Positions 47,005 through 60,113 of a stretch of DNA of 64,000 bases are shown in pieces (the first letter of the stretch is position 1; every line of letters starts with the position of its first letter). The position numbers were made by a program, and so were the translations under genes. The stretch is from Cladosporium halotolerans (Eukaryota). Location of the stretch: NCBI RefSeq assembly GCF_011745625.1, contig NW_027191459.1:620001-684000 (forward strand), written 5' to 3'. The notes beneath the pieces are model-generated. The model was not told where the DNA came from. It searched no databases and saw nothing but the letters and a program-made list of their open reading frames with translations.

Positions 47005-48792
47005 ATGCACGGGTCAGCGCCTCTCCGTCTCTTTTTGGCGCTTTCGGCGGCGTTGCTGTGTCTCCGGACTGCCGAGGCAACCGGTTTTAACGAAGTCGTT
47101 ACCACGAACGGCGTCGTATCTGGACATATCGCGCCGGACAGAAAGAACACTGTAGAGTATCTTGGTATCCCATATGCGCAGCCTCCTGTCGGAAAACTTC
47201 GCTTTGCTCCTCCGCAACCGATTGTGAAGAAACTGGATTACAACGCATCGAAATGGGTGAGCTATGCCCAATCGAACCGTACGTCGATGAAATGCCAGCA
47301 AGACTTACTGACTTGACTAGGGCTTGTACGTACACACGGGCACGCTGTTACTTACACCGTTGTCGTACTGATACGCGTCTAGTGACTGTCCGCAGAGTGT
47401 ATCTGGCAATGCATCTTACCCTGGCCTGACACCACAAGCACAAGGTATCATCAATGCCTTTGCTGGTGGAGGTGGCAACCAGCAGAGTGAGGATTGCCTG
47501 ACACTTAATATCTGGGCGCCATCTCATACGGAAAAGAAACGACCCGTCCTAGTATTCTTTCATGGTGGACGTATGTGTTTTGAGATCCCGAGACTCCTAA
47601 AGCAAGCCGTATACTAAGACAAAGCTCAGGCTTCTCAATTGGCAACTCCAATTCAAAGTTCTACGATGGCAGTCGCTTTGCTGAAGCTACCTCCGCTATC
47701 ATAATCACACTGACCTACCGGCTCAATGTATTCGGATTCCCAGGAGCCCCGGACAGCAGTCAAAACTTAGGCCTGCGGGACCAAAGACTCGCAGTGCAGT
47801 GGATCCACGATAACATTGCCGGATTCGGTGGAGATCCAAGCAAGATCGCCGTCTTCGGGCAATCCTCAGGCGGCGTTGCTGTCGATTGGTGGACTTTCGC
47901 ATATCAACAGGAACCACTTATTGCTGGGATAATCTCTGAGTCCGGCAATGCATTGAGTTTCCCGCTCAACACAGCAGAGCGACAAAAGCAGAATTGGTAC
48001 AATGTTTCGACTACCCTTGGCTGCGGCTCCTCTGGGGACACCTTGGAATGCGTCCGCGGCAAGGACTGGAAGGATTTGCTGGCTGCTGCTGGTAGGTTAC
48101 CTGCCGCTCCGGGTGGTAACCCAGTACGTTCTACCTCCGCTTTCTATCCGATGATCGACAACGAGACTGTGTTCTCTGATTATCGTCCCTTACTGGAACA
48201 TGGTAAATTCGCCAAGATCGTAAGTATCAGCATCAATCTTTCTTGCTCGCTAGCCGTCAAAGCTGACTAAACTTGACAGCCCCAACTCCTGGGCAACAAT
48301 AACAACGAACAAGGTTACTACGTGATCCCTGCGTTTGGTAAAGGCGTTAACGCCACTAAGGAACAAGGAGACCAATTCTTACTAGAATCTTTCACTTGCC
48401 CAAACGACATCGAAGCAAGGGCGCGCAGCGCTCAAGGCGTTCCTACTTGGCAGTATCGATACTTCGGCGACTGGCCGAACACCCGCTTGTACAATTCCAG
48501 TGGCGCATACCATGGAACTGAGCTTGAAATGCTCTTCGGCAACTCTGGAGACGTGAGCGGGATAGCTCCTTCTGAAGCTCAGGAGGAGCTTACGAAGGTC
48601 ATGCAAGATGCTTGGGTTGCGTTCGCGGAAGACCCGAAGAGGGGGCTGGAGAAGTACGGTTGGCCAAGATTCGATCCTTCTGAAGACACTTTGGTACGCT
48701 TAGGATATGAAAACAGCCCAGTGCCTGATTTCGTACGGCCTAGTCTGTATAGTGGTGATTGTGCCAACATCACTGTCGGAGCCGATGGGTGA
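47005..48792 (+). CDS. Secreted type-B carboxylesterase/lipase
   Basis: Signal-peptide-like N-terminus, YLGIPYAQPPVGKLRF, SEDCLTLNIW, FFHGG, NLGLRDQ, FGGDP, catalytic GQSSG, NNNE and AYHGTE. Four introns, including a pair flanking a 5-nt exon. Confidence 0.92.
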
Positions 48793-49208
48793 TTGTACGC
48801 CTTTACCCAACAGACGCATCGCAGTTGCGGGATGCAGACGGCGACCAAGAAGCTTTTAGCCTTTGACGTCGAGTAGTCTCATCATGCGAGAAAGAGGATT
48901 GAGGCACCAGATAAGGCAGAGCGTATCTAGGAAACAATCTCGATCAACCCTTTCAAGGCTGCTATCAGCCAGCGTATGAAGCATTTGACCGTGAAATGAC
49001 ATGGAGAGATCATTTGGAAGCAAATTTTTATTTACTGACAGCCCAGTAATACCCAAAAAACGAACGTGAGTCTAGTATTGAGGTGTCTTCGAAATGGCAA
49101 CATCCACTGCATGAAAGCATTTCTTATCGATAAGAAATCCTGCGAATGTTGACGAGATGGACTGGACAGGCCTTGCCCCTACATAACCGCATAACAAACC
49201 TTCCGAAA

Positions 49209-50241
49209 ATGGCCGACAGCGATATCTCAACAAATGCCCTCCTCACCCGCTTCAAATTCCAAGAGCTCCTCAACCAAGACCAAGGCGGCCGCCGCACAGT
49301 CCTCCAAGGCACGATCGGCGGCGAGCCCGCGCTCCTCCTCGCCGAGCGAGCAGCCTTCAGCAACGACGAGTCCTACCTCTCGTCTTTCTCCCGCCTCATA
49401 ACCCATGTAAAGAACCTCGGCGCCAATGACATCTACCATTGGTACATGGCCAACTCCCTCCCGGACGGCACGCTCGACCAGCCCACGCCACCGGACCTCA
49501 AGGTCAACCTCATTTACCCTTGCAAGGACAGCCATATCAGGAAGTATTCTTTCCAACAGGCTCGCGTCGTGCTAGAGACGCCGGAAGTCTACGCCAAGTA
49601 TGTCCGGCCGTACATGCAGAGCTACCGCGAGGAGGGCAAATTGAACTGGGTTTTCAATATCCTAGAGGGCAGGAAGGAGCAGGAGAACGTGCTCTACCGG
49701 TCGAAGGAAGCTGATCCCAAGGACGACTTTCTGTTGCTGCCGGACCTGAATTGGGACCGTACGACGATTGGAGGATTGCACTTGCTCGCTCTCGTTGAGA
49801 GGCGCGATATTTTGAGTGTGCGGGATCTGAAGAAGAAAGACGTTCCGTGGCTCCGGCACCTTCGCAGTACGCTTACGAAAGCGGTTGAAGGGCTTTACGA
49901 GGGTGTGGAGAATGATATGCTTAAGTTTTATATTCACTGTAGGTCAAGCTCAATGTTCCTTTCCGGTGACCAATTGGCTGACAGATATCCCAGATCAACC
50001 CACATACTACCATTTCCACATCCACGTCGTCCATGTGAACCTCGATCCCTCCGCCACGCAGGCCGTCGGCAAGGCATTGGCGTTGGACAACGTCATCTCC
50101 CAGCTGGATACCATGGGTGGTGGCGACGAGGCGAGCATGGCAGACGTCGAGCTTTCATACACGCTTGGTGAGGCGAGCGAGCTGTGGACTAAGATCTTCT
50201 TGCCGCTGAAGGAAGGCAAGGAGCCAGGCGTCTCTAGCTAG
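49209..50241 (+). CDS. DCS1: Scavenger mRNA decapping enzyme (m7GpppX diphosphatase)
   Basis: Exons 49209-49938 and 49994-50241. NDIYHW, NLIYP, HIRKY, ETPEVY, WVFNIL, LPDLNWD, SVRDL and HIT motif HYQPTYYHFHIH. Confidence 0.94.
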
Positions 50242-50462
50242 CACCCTACCTGCACTGCTGCAAGGAATCTCCGCATGAAGAGTTACGACGTATATACCAT
50301 TGCATTCCCGATACAATGTTGCCCATGCCAAAAGGATTCTAGATCTTGAAGCATTTCCCCTCCAAAGCCTCAGAAGGAATTGGTCGCAACGCGGCTCACC
50401 TAAGATCCACGGACAAAACAAAAGACCCGCGACGTCTCTGGACAGCCTTCAGACAACAAAAA

Positions 50463-50561
50463 TGCATCGGCCGGGAATCGAACCCGGGGCTGGCCGACAT
50501 CCGTAGGCCTCGAAGTGAGGTCTGATGGCAACGGCCAATTTTACCACTAAACCACCAATGC
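50463..50561 (-). tRNA. tRNA-Gly(GCC) with 28-nt intron (50525-50498)
   Basis: Minus strand GCATTGGTGGTTTAGTGGTAAAATTGGCCGTT-GCC-A[intron]TCGGCCAGCCCCGGGTTCGATTCCCGGCCGATGCA followed by TTTTT. Confidence 0.95.
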
Positions 50562-51174
50562 TTGATGAGTAAGCGAAAACTTGTGTCGACCATGTACCTT
50601 GCAAAAAACGAGCGGCATGTACGGCCTAAGGAGCGAGCAAGATGATATTGCTGGCAGGGTAAAAATGAACACCGAAATAAGAACTGAGCAGAACAACCTG
50701 ACTCGTGATGAGAAATGAGAGGCTCGGACAAAACACTAGCGCGGAAACGCTTTTTTTCTTCAAAGCCAGGAAAACCAAAGCAATGTACTAAGGTATTTGT
50801 ACCGAGTTATCGCAAACAATGCATCGCTATACAAAAACTGCACAGAACCAAACGCGTAAGAGGGCCATTCGAAACAAGGCAAGGCGGGCTCGCGAAGCCC
50901 AAAGGAGAGAGATAGATAGGCGTAACAGTTTAAAGCAGCGCGCGCAAGAATGAGACGGCATTACTTGAGAGAATGCGGCGGTCTTGCAATCTCGCCATGA
51001 TGCTTTTGTCGTCTTGATGCCGTTTAGTGTGTCAAGCGAGAAATAAATGCAGAGAGGAACATGCACGCTTGCAGTCATTCTTCTTGTTTTGATCGGGCTA
51101 TTATGCAAAAAGCCCGGCGTCTCAATGTGTAGACGCCCATTCCTGTGATTATTCGGGCAGAGCCCGTCCGCGTT

Positions 51175-53013
51175 TTAATGGCCGTGGCCATGGCCGTGGC
51201 CATGGCCATGGCCGTTCTCGACAGCCGAATCCTCCGCAGGAGCCCGCAGCTGCTGAGAAGGCGTCCTGTGCAGGAACGAGTTCTCCACTTCCACGGGGCC
51301 AACGTGCTTCCGCGGAATGAACGGCAGCTGCAGGATGCCGACCACCGCGGCGCCCGCGATGGTGAACCAGGCGGCGCCGGACCCGCCGTAGCTGTACACG
51401 ATACCGACCAGAGGTGGCGAGACGGTCCTCGCCAGACAGCAGCCGGACATGGCGAGGCCGTTGACTTTGCCGAGGACCTGGGGCGAGGGCGTGGCGTCTT
51501 TGAGCAGGATGAGAGCCGCGGGATAGATGATGATGCCGACGAAGCTCTGCATGATGAGCGAGACGTAAATGAGCGCGGAAGTCATGTTCTGCGGGCCGGC
51601 GCTGATGAACGGCAGCATTAGGTAGGGGATCGGGAAGAGGACCACCATGGAGATGAAGGACTTCCAGATGCCGACCTTCTCGATGAAGATGGGGAAGATG
51701 ATGCCTTGGATTAGGAGGCCGATGGCGCCGTTGACGGCGAGGTAGACACCGACGTCGTGGACTGTCATGCCAAGGCCGCCGAACAGATCGAGGTGCTGCA
51801 CAGCTGCTTTAGGCTCGTCGAGGATCCAAGTGGGAAGCAAGCTGAGGTAGGCCATGGAGTGGAAGGACACGATCACCAGGGCGATTGTGATCATGATGAT
51901 AGTGTAGTTGAAGGCCTTGCCGGTGTACTCGGCAGTAGGACCAGCACGGCTTGCGCCACGGCGAGGCTCCGGCCGGCTCTGAGCGACATCGCGGCGAATT
52001 TTATTGGCCTCCTCAGGAGCAAAGCGGATGGAGTGCACGGTGGCGAAGGAAGATTTCCTGATGTCGAAGTACTGGCCGACAGATCCAGGGAGACCTTCCT
52101 CGATGAACGAAGGCCTGGGTGCGCGGCTAGCCTGGGAGCGGCGGCGCATAGATCCACCAATGCTGGCGCGAGGAGCGAGGAGAGAAGAGGTTTCGTCAAA
52201 GACGCTGGCGGCATCGTCCACGGCTCCGTCGTCGGCGACAAGCTCCTTAGGGTTGGTCTCCTCGAGGAAGAAGATTCCCTGGATGATGGCCAGAACGATG
52301 ACAATAACAGCAACAAGATTTGGCAGCAGGTAAGGGTAGGTGGCCCAGAAGCTGTCGGGAGAGAATAATCCAGGGTAGAAGCGAGCAGGCTGAGCGAGGA
52401 AGCCGCCCATGGCAGATCCAATGATTCCTCCCAGGGTCCAGACGAAAGGCTGCACAGCATACGCCTTGGCTGTGAGGAGTGTCAGCAACGCCTCGTGAAC
52501 TGTCAATCTCGGCGGTGGAACTCACGCTCGTGCTCCGGTTTCTTGACCATCTCCGCCACCATAGTCTGCATGACGGCAACGTTACCGTTCAAAGCTCCTC
52601 CAACGAAACGCGCCAACAGTGCAACCCAGTACTTCTTGGCCAGACCGAAAATCAAACTAGAAATAGCAACGCCTCCAAGCCCGATCAGGACAACAGGTTT
52701 TCGGCCATAGCGATCCGAGAGTGCGCCCCAACCCATGGCAGTGATAGCTTCCGCAACAGCGTAGGCGGAGACGAGGAGACCAGCGTAGAAAGACGCATCT
52801 GTCTCATCGCCATCGTGCAGGTCCTTGACCATGGCATATGTATATGCCAGGATGGAGTTAAACGCGATGGGCTCGGAAAAGCGACATATCGCTGAGTGGC
52901 AGTCAGTATTCGCCGTCGGCTGCAGTTTGCTGAGACGTTGCAGGTGGTAACTCACCGAGAATGGTGAGTTGGCGGACGGGGAACGCCTCCGGGTCGTCTT
53001 TGAGGGAGATCAT
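51175..53013 (-). CDS. Major facilitator superfamily transporter (ZIFL/TOM-like DHA-type) with (GH)6 tail
   Basis: Three exons. FPVRQLTILAICRFSEPIAFNSI, motif A WGALSDRYGRKPV, GGALNGNVAV, YPYLLPNL, LGKVNG, ARTVSP. Confidence 0.92.
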
Positions 53014-55524
53014 GGTGTCGGATGAATGCCAATGCTGCGCCTATGGGTCTCCACGTCGACGGCGCACGAGATAGGTGATGGGGCGAGGCAAGACGGAATA
53101 TATCAAACAAACGCAACAGCTGAGGGCGCTGTCTCTCGCACTCGGGCGCAATGAAGCGTGACGAGCAGAGGATGATAGAGACAACTCTCCGTCAGCACGA
53201 GACGGGAGAGAGAAATCTCAGTGCGGTGTGGTGGCAAGCGATGAAGGGATCTGCTGCGCTGCTCGCTGGGCGGGCCGTAGCCCCGGAGTGTTTCTTGACG
53301 TGCTTGACCAACGGCGGACGGCGCATCAGCGTGGGCGTGGCAGGCGGCGGCAGGCGGTTACCTTACCTTTACTAGACTCGCCAGATCGCAGATCGGAAGT
53401 GCCAGCCGCCACGGCACAGGCGCTTTCGAGGCCGTGCCATCTCGTTTGCAAACACGTTTGGAGCCGCTGGTACATACGATCACCCTTGCAACCCACCCCG
53501 CCCGGCCGCCGAGTCATGATGATATCGCCGGGAGAAGCGCCTGCTGCGCCTGCGTAGCGGACGCCGCCTCCAATTCCAACCTGGAAGGCCAGCCGCGGTG
53601 ACATCGCGCCACAGTGGCACCAAGAGCACATGCAGCCTCGCACACATTCATGCAAGTGCAGGCATCGCGGACGCCGCCCCGATGCATGCTATCGCTTCTC
53701 TCGTGCAGGCCCGCCCAGGGAGACGTACAGTATCTCGATGTATCGCAGGCCTTCGCACCATCCCAACTCGGCGGTTTCAGCCCTCGCTTCATTGAACAAT
53801 AATTACCCAGTACACCAACGTCGAACCATACACACCCATGGCCGCCTCCCCGGGCACAGACATGCCCGTGGCGCGCACTTCCCCATCGAAGTGGGGATCG
53901 CAAACTGATAAAATCTGCCCGGTCGAGTGGTAAACTCGGCTAGGGACCGCGTGGCTGGATGGCGCGTCCATGCTTCAAGCCACGCTCCCGGGGCGCTGGC
54001 AGGGGTGTTTGGGACCGAGTCGTCAGAGGTATCGAGTCCTCCTCCATCTGATGTTGTGTGTGTTTGGATTTCATATGATCTGCCTGGTCAGCCACGTGCA
54101 GGATGACAGCTTCGTGGCTGAATGTCTAGTTGCATCGCTCGCGCACGCCTCGCAATCTACAATTTCTGCGCGAGTCACGAAGTCCGTCAGCACAGGCATC
54201 GAGGTCTCAGATCCCGCCTGCGCTGTCAATGCTCCCGACTTCAATCTCGCGCGAGCCCATGGCTCGCGCGCGTACAGTAGCCGCATGCGCGCAGACGCAT
54301 GTCTCGAATGCATGCAAGATGGCCGTTCAGGAAGTGTCGGTCGGGTTGGGTGCATCAACATTGCGTGCTGCAGGCGTCTTCTTTCCACAGAGGAGAGCGA
54401 GCACGCGTGATCTGAGCTGATATCTTCTCCATCTTCGTGGCCACTGCACGCTCAGCTCGCGTTTTGCTGAATGCATGAGGTGTATGTATGTACCTTGTAG
54501 CTGGGGTTACGCGGTTTTGCTGTCGCCGCAGCTCACCATTTGCAAACGCGTCACAACTCCATTCCACCTTGGTGTCCTCAGGCTGAATATTTGCGACAAT
54601 ACAAAAGTCAATGCGACCCGCCGAAGGCGCCGCAGTAATGTCACCCAAGCACTCCCCGAAAAGCCACATCCTCGGTTGGCTTGCCACGTGGTTGCCGCAT
54701 CTTCACGCCGACAGTACCTTAGTGCTTTCCCCCTCTCGTGTGGCGTGCTGCTCCGATGCTTTCCAGGTTGGTATCAAATAAGCTTGGAAATCTGGCGTGT
54801 CATCGTTCCTCGCCCTCGGAGATCCGGATCGCTCGCAATGGTGAAATTTCCTGTGGGCCGTCCACCCACGTAGCCGTACCGCAAGGATTGCTCGCGCCAA
54901 TTATTGTGAAAAGAAATATGTAGCAACAACGAGTGCACATCTTGCAACATCCCAAGCAGATCACTTGCAGCTCATCTGTGGCAGCTCGGGTTGAGAGCGT
55001 CTCGCGCTGTACATGGCATTCCGACTATGCCCTCATTAATTTCGCCGGCCTGGAAATCTGTTCAAGACGCCGTCAAACCGATCCGTCGAGACTCACATGC
55101 GATATGACTGACCTAGAACTTCTCTACTGGTGCATACATTCTCGCTCAGTAACACTATAGCAGTCAATCTCATGACTCAGTATCGTTCCATTAGACAATG
55201 CAGTCAGAATAATCAAGACCAAAGCCGGAGTTCGGAGTCGGAGTCATGTCCGAATATCCATCACCTACCTTAGCTTCCGGTAGGCCCCAGTTTTCCGGGG
55301 TCCCTTTACCACCGGTATCTCCATAGTTCGAGCTAAGCGCGCAAGCGCAAGGGAACGACGATGGTGGATGTTGGCAGGCCTGGATGTTGGATCTGCATGA
55401 TGACAAAGTGGCGGCATGCGGGCCATGCGTTCCATGCATAGCAATTGCCATGCAAGTGTGATCCGCCTACACCTCACAACTCTCGCGCGCGACCGCTCCT
55501 TCGGCTCGCATTTCTTGCGTTCAA

Positions 55525-58500
55525 ATGAATACACCCGAGGCAAACGTCAAGCAGCAGTCTCGGCGTCAACGTTTGCGCCGGGGCACGTCCGACCTCAAGA
55601 GTCTCCCCGTGGGCACAGAGAGCGTTCGCGAGCGAGACGCCCTCCGCCATCTGCACGCGTGGATTGATATTCACCAACCTGCGGCCATCCATTACAACCC
55701 CTTCGCTACCGGCAGCAGCGGTAAGAGAGGCTCTGAGCCTTGCACCGACGCAGCCCTCGCCGCGTTCGCTCAGCTGTGCGCGCTTCGTCTCAATGCTCGC
55801 CGCGTCCTCGCCACCCTGCTGTCCACCAGCGTCGAATACGTCCTTTCGGAAGCCTCGCGCACAACCTCGCTCCAGTACGATACGTTTGAAGACCCTAAAG
55901 ACTTTCTTTGGATAGGGACCTGCTCTTTTCCGAAGGACTACGGCTTCAATGGCCCCAACCTGAACACATGGCGCAAAGCTCGCCGTTTCCGCGACATTCC
56001 TCCAGATGTGGATCAGCACTATTATACTGAGGGTCAGTCCCCACATTGGTGTATTGTAAGAGCCCACCCTCGTCGGTTCCCTCGCCTCAAATGATATGTG
56101 TCGTTGCTAACGCGCGCTCCTTCCGTGATCAGGTCAACGATGTCCGCAGCAACCCTGAATACAACCAGGTCATCATGGCCAAGCATGCGCCTTGGCTACG
56201 ATTCTATTGCTCGATACCAATGCGAAGTTTGAACGGCTCTGTTATCGGTACCGTGAGCGTCCTAGACGATAAGCCGCGCTACGGCATCAGCGCTGGTGAA
56301 ATGCTATTGTTGGAGGACAGCGCGGACAATATCGCTGAACACTTGGAGGCCTCGATCGTACGTTCGCAGCGACAGCGGAGCGAGCGCCTCATCCAGGCTC
56401 TCGGAATTTTCAACAATGGGAAGGGAACGCTCCGGGACTGGTGGCTCGCGAGGGACGATGAGCGCATCGAAAGAGGTGGCCGACACGAGAAAAGCAATGC
56501 GGATGCCAAAGACCAAAGGGACAGGGCGGACGCGGAATTTGGCGTGCAGGATGCCTACATGTCCGACTCTACCGTGTCTTCCAGACGCATGATGCACAGG
56601 CAGACGTCGGGAGATCCTACCTCGGACGGCGAAGTGAACTCGATTCGAGGATTTCGGCAATCCTCTATAAACGGTGACGACGTCCACGGTGTCTCGGATG
56701 CGGACCAAAAAGCAGGCAGCGACAACGCGACGTCAACGCAGCCTTCGGCTCAGAAGCGGCCGCCCATGTTCAGCGCCGACACAACGGCAAAGCTCGAGCG
56801 AAGTTCAGGAACGACTCGTGAGAATGCAAGGACCCAGAGTCAGGGCGCCGAGCAGGGAGTGAGCAGCATGGATTTCGACCCGGGGCCCAAGGAATCCGAC
56901 GCAAAACCTGCTCCCAAGTTCGTCGGGGAAAGCAGGCCCAACCCCCCAAGAACGATGAGCGCCGCACGCCTCGCCCAGAAGCAGAGCTCAGCGGCTGCGG
57001 AGCAAAAGTCGGCATCTGAAAACGCCGCCCCGTCGCAGGACGTGTACGCAAGAGCGTCCAACCTGATGCGAGAGGCTCTGGGCGCCGAGGGCGTGGTTTG
57101 CGTCAACGGCACCGCAGTCTCTGCGCGCATCAAGAGCGACAAGAACCTCGCCGGTGACAGTACCTCGGGCGCCACCAAAGCGAAGAGCGACAGTAGCGGC
57201 GAAGACGCCGCGACGACGACGTCAGACACTGATTCCGACGCAAGCAGTCGCGCAGCAAGGCTCTGCAAAGTCCAGGGCTTCTCCACGCGCAACAGATCAT
57301 CGCTTACTGGAACTCGGCCGGAGAGACAAAGGTTCGGCCTCACCGAGCAAGAGCTCCACAAGCTGGTCAAGACTTTCCCGCGCGGCAAGATTTTCAATTT
57401 CGAGGAAAGTGGCAATCTCTACTCGAGCTCTGGCGATGAGTCCACCTCCGGGTCGAATGAAGATGGGACGAGGACCAACAAATCCTCTTCGGACCGTGTG
57501 AAGTCGAAGCAAAGCCGCGCGATGCTGCGCTTGGGCAAGGTGATGGTGGGCGCGCGCTCGATTGCTTTCTATCCCATATGGGACGAGCAGTCCGAAAGCT
57601 GGCCTTCGTGCCTCTTCGTGTGGACTACCACGCCGTTGCGCCATTTCGATTCAGCTGAAGACCTTACTTACCTCGCCGCTTTCGCGCACAGTCTTTCAGC
57701 CGAGATCAAACGAGTCGAGACTGTCGCTTCCGACACCGCGAAGGCCACTTTCATTTCGTCCGTGAGCCACGAGCTTAGGTCACCTCTGCATGGCGTTATG
57801 GCAGGCATTGAAATGATTCTGGACTCAGAGCTTACTCCTTTCCAAAAAGAAATGGCGCTCAATGCCGCTGTTGCTGGACGAACGCTTCTAGACACGTGAG
57901 TGGCGCCATCTGGTTTGTCCGGTCGTTACTGACTTTCACTAGAATCAACCACATCTTGGACTTTTCGAAGATCAGCAACTTGACAAAGACGCAGCGCAAA
58001 GAGCAAGCCGACGCAGACTCCGAGAGGAACCGCAGGCCAGGAAGTCAGCAATCCAACGGGCCGCAGGAACGTTTGAGTGTGGACTTGGCTCGCCTCACTG
58101 AGGAGTTCGTATCCACACTTCCTCTTGATTAAGACACTTGGGCACTGACTCCTTTTGCAGGGTCGTGGAAACTGTTGTATCCGGGCACAGATATCACGAG
58201 CTTTCGAGGAGGGGATCGCTGCCACGCGACGTAGAGAAAAGGCAGACTGTGGAGCCCACGAACGACTCGAAATCACTTTGCGTGACACTCGACATCGGAA
58301 AGTGTGACTCCTGGAACATCGACATGGCGCCTGGGGTGTGGACAAGGATCATCACCAACGTCCTCGGTAGGTGTCCATCTGCGAGACCACAAGCGAGGCC
58401 GCAACGCTAACGCCATACTCTCAGGCAACGCTCTAAAGTACACCGAGTCAGGCACAGTTTCGGTAATACTGAGCGCGCGGGAAGCGGCCGCCGAGCAAGA

Positions 58501-60113
58501 TCGCCACAATGGTGTCGTGACGCTCGAAGTCCGAGACACTGGAATCGGCATTTCGCAAGACTTCCTCGCAAAGCACATCTACACGCCCTTCAAGCAAGCC
58601 GACTCGCACTCGGCTGGCACGGGTCTTGGCTTGAGCATTGTGAAGAGGATCGCAAGAGATCTCCGCGCCGACCTGAACGTAGAGAGCGAGTTGGGAGAGG
58701 GCACGGCCGTAAGCCTGACGTTCGCGACCGTCTTTGAGCACACCGCCAAAGCGTTGGAGGATCTGGACGAGCTGTCCAAAGCCGCGGCGCCCAACCCCGA
58801 CTGCGGCTTCCACTTGATCAACCTTCCGGCCGATATGGAACACCAACACTCGGCGCTGGCGAACACTGTTGGGAAGAACGCTTCGCGCATCGCTTCTGCC
58901 TGGCTGGGCTTCGCTCTCAGCTCCGGCCTCAGTCTGCCGCCCGAGGCCAAGGATTGTGTTTGCGCCATCTACGAGATGGATCTTGTTCACCTCAGGGTGC
59001 ACGAGACTGACTTGATGTCAGAGCTCCTGTCAGAGATCGCCACCCGGCGATTCCGTCTTATTGTCTTCGGGTATTCGGCAGGCGCTATATCGACGAGATC
59101 GTTGGAGGGCTTTCCTGTAAAGCCGATTTTTGTTCAACAGCCGTAAGTTTCTTCAGACCACCGCACAACTTTGCGTTATTTGAGATCCCGTCTGTGGCTT
59201 TTATCGGACGCGTCTCTCGGTCCGTCGATGACCCATGTGTTCGGGTGCTGACCTGAATCTCCAGGCTGGGACCCCGAAAGATGCTGCGAGCGATTCAATC
59301 CGCCGCCGACCTATCTACACCTGTGACCCTGAGGGATCATGCACTTTACAACCGGGCTGGACCACAGACCCCGCTGGCGAACCTTCGCGAGGAAGGGCGC
59401 GAGGCAGAGTCCGGCACAGACTACTTCCCTGCTCAGTCTGACCGACAAGATCAACAAGCTACTCCCCAGCGTTCGAAGAGCTCTCCAACTCTGCCGATAA
59501 GGCAGACCTCTGATAAGCCCGGCAACACAAATGGCTCAGAACAACAGACGTCTCCCGCTTCGCCGGCCGTGATGACGCCTTCCGTCCTTGCTGAGCAAGG
59601 GCAGGCCGGGCATGACGGGCAATCCGAGGCAGACTCGACCGTGCTCCTCGTGGAGGACAACGATGTCAACATGAAAGTAGGTGCCCCCACCTTTTGCCTA
59701 ACGCCAACCCTCCCAACGACCATGCTAACTAGGTTCTCCCTCCACAGCTCCTCCAAGCCCTCATGCGCAAACTCCACGTCCCCTTCCAGTGCGCCTCCAA
59801 CGGCCTAGAGGCCTTCACCATCTACTCCGCGCACCCGCGCGACTTCTTCCTCGTCCTCATGGATGTCGACATGCCCGTCATGGACGGCAAGCAGGCCACC
59901 GCCAAGATTCGCGAGCTCGAGCGCAAGCAGCAGCTGCCGCGGACGTGTGTCGTCGCTCTCACGGGCGTCACGAGCCAGTCTGCGCGCCAGGAGTGCATGG
60001 ACTGCGGCATGGATAGGTTTTATACTAAGCCCATCCGCATGAAGGGGTTGAGTGCGCTGGTTACGGAGACGAGGCCGGCGCTGCCGGATGGGAAGGGGGA
60101 GGAAGGGGGATGA
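55525..60113 (+). CDS. Hybrid sensor histidine kinase (GAF - HisKA - HATPase - receiver)
   Basis: Seven exons (introns 56056-56132, 57896-57942, 58105-58160, 58367-58424, 59143-59264, 59677-59747). GAF-like LRFYCSIPM...IGTVSVLDDKPR, H-box SHELRSPLHG, N-box GNALKYT, DTGIGI, GTGLGLSIV, receiver LLVEDN...LMDVDMPVMDG...TKP. Start codon less certain. Confidence 0.92.
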
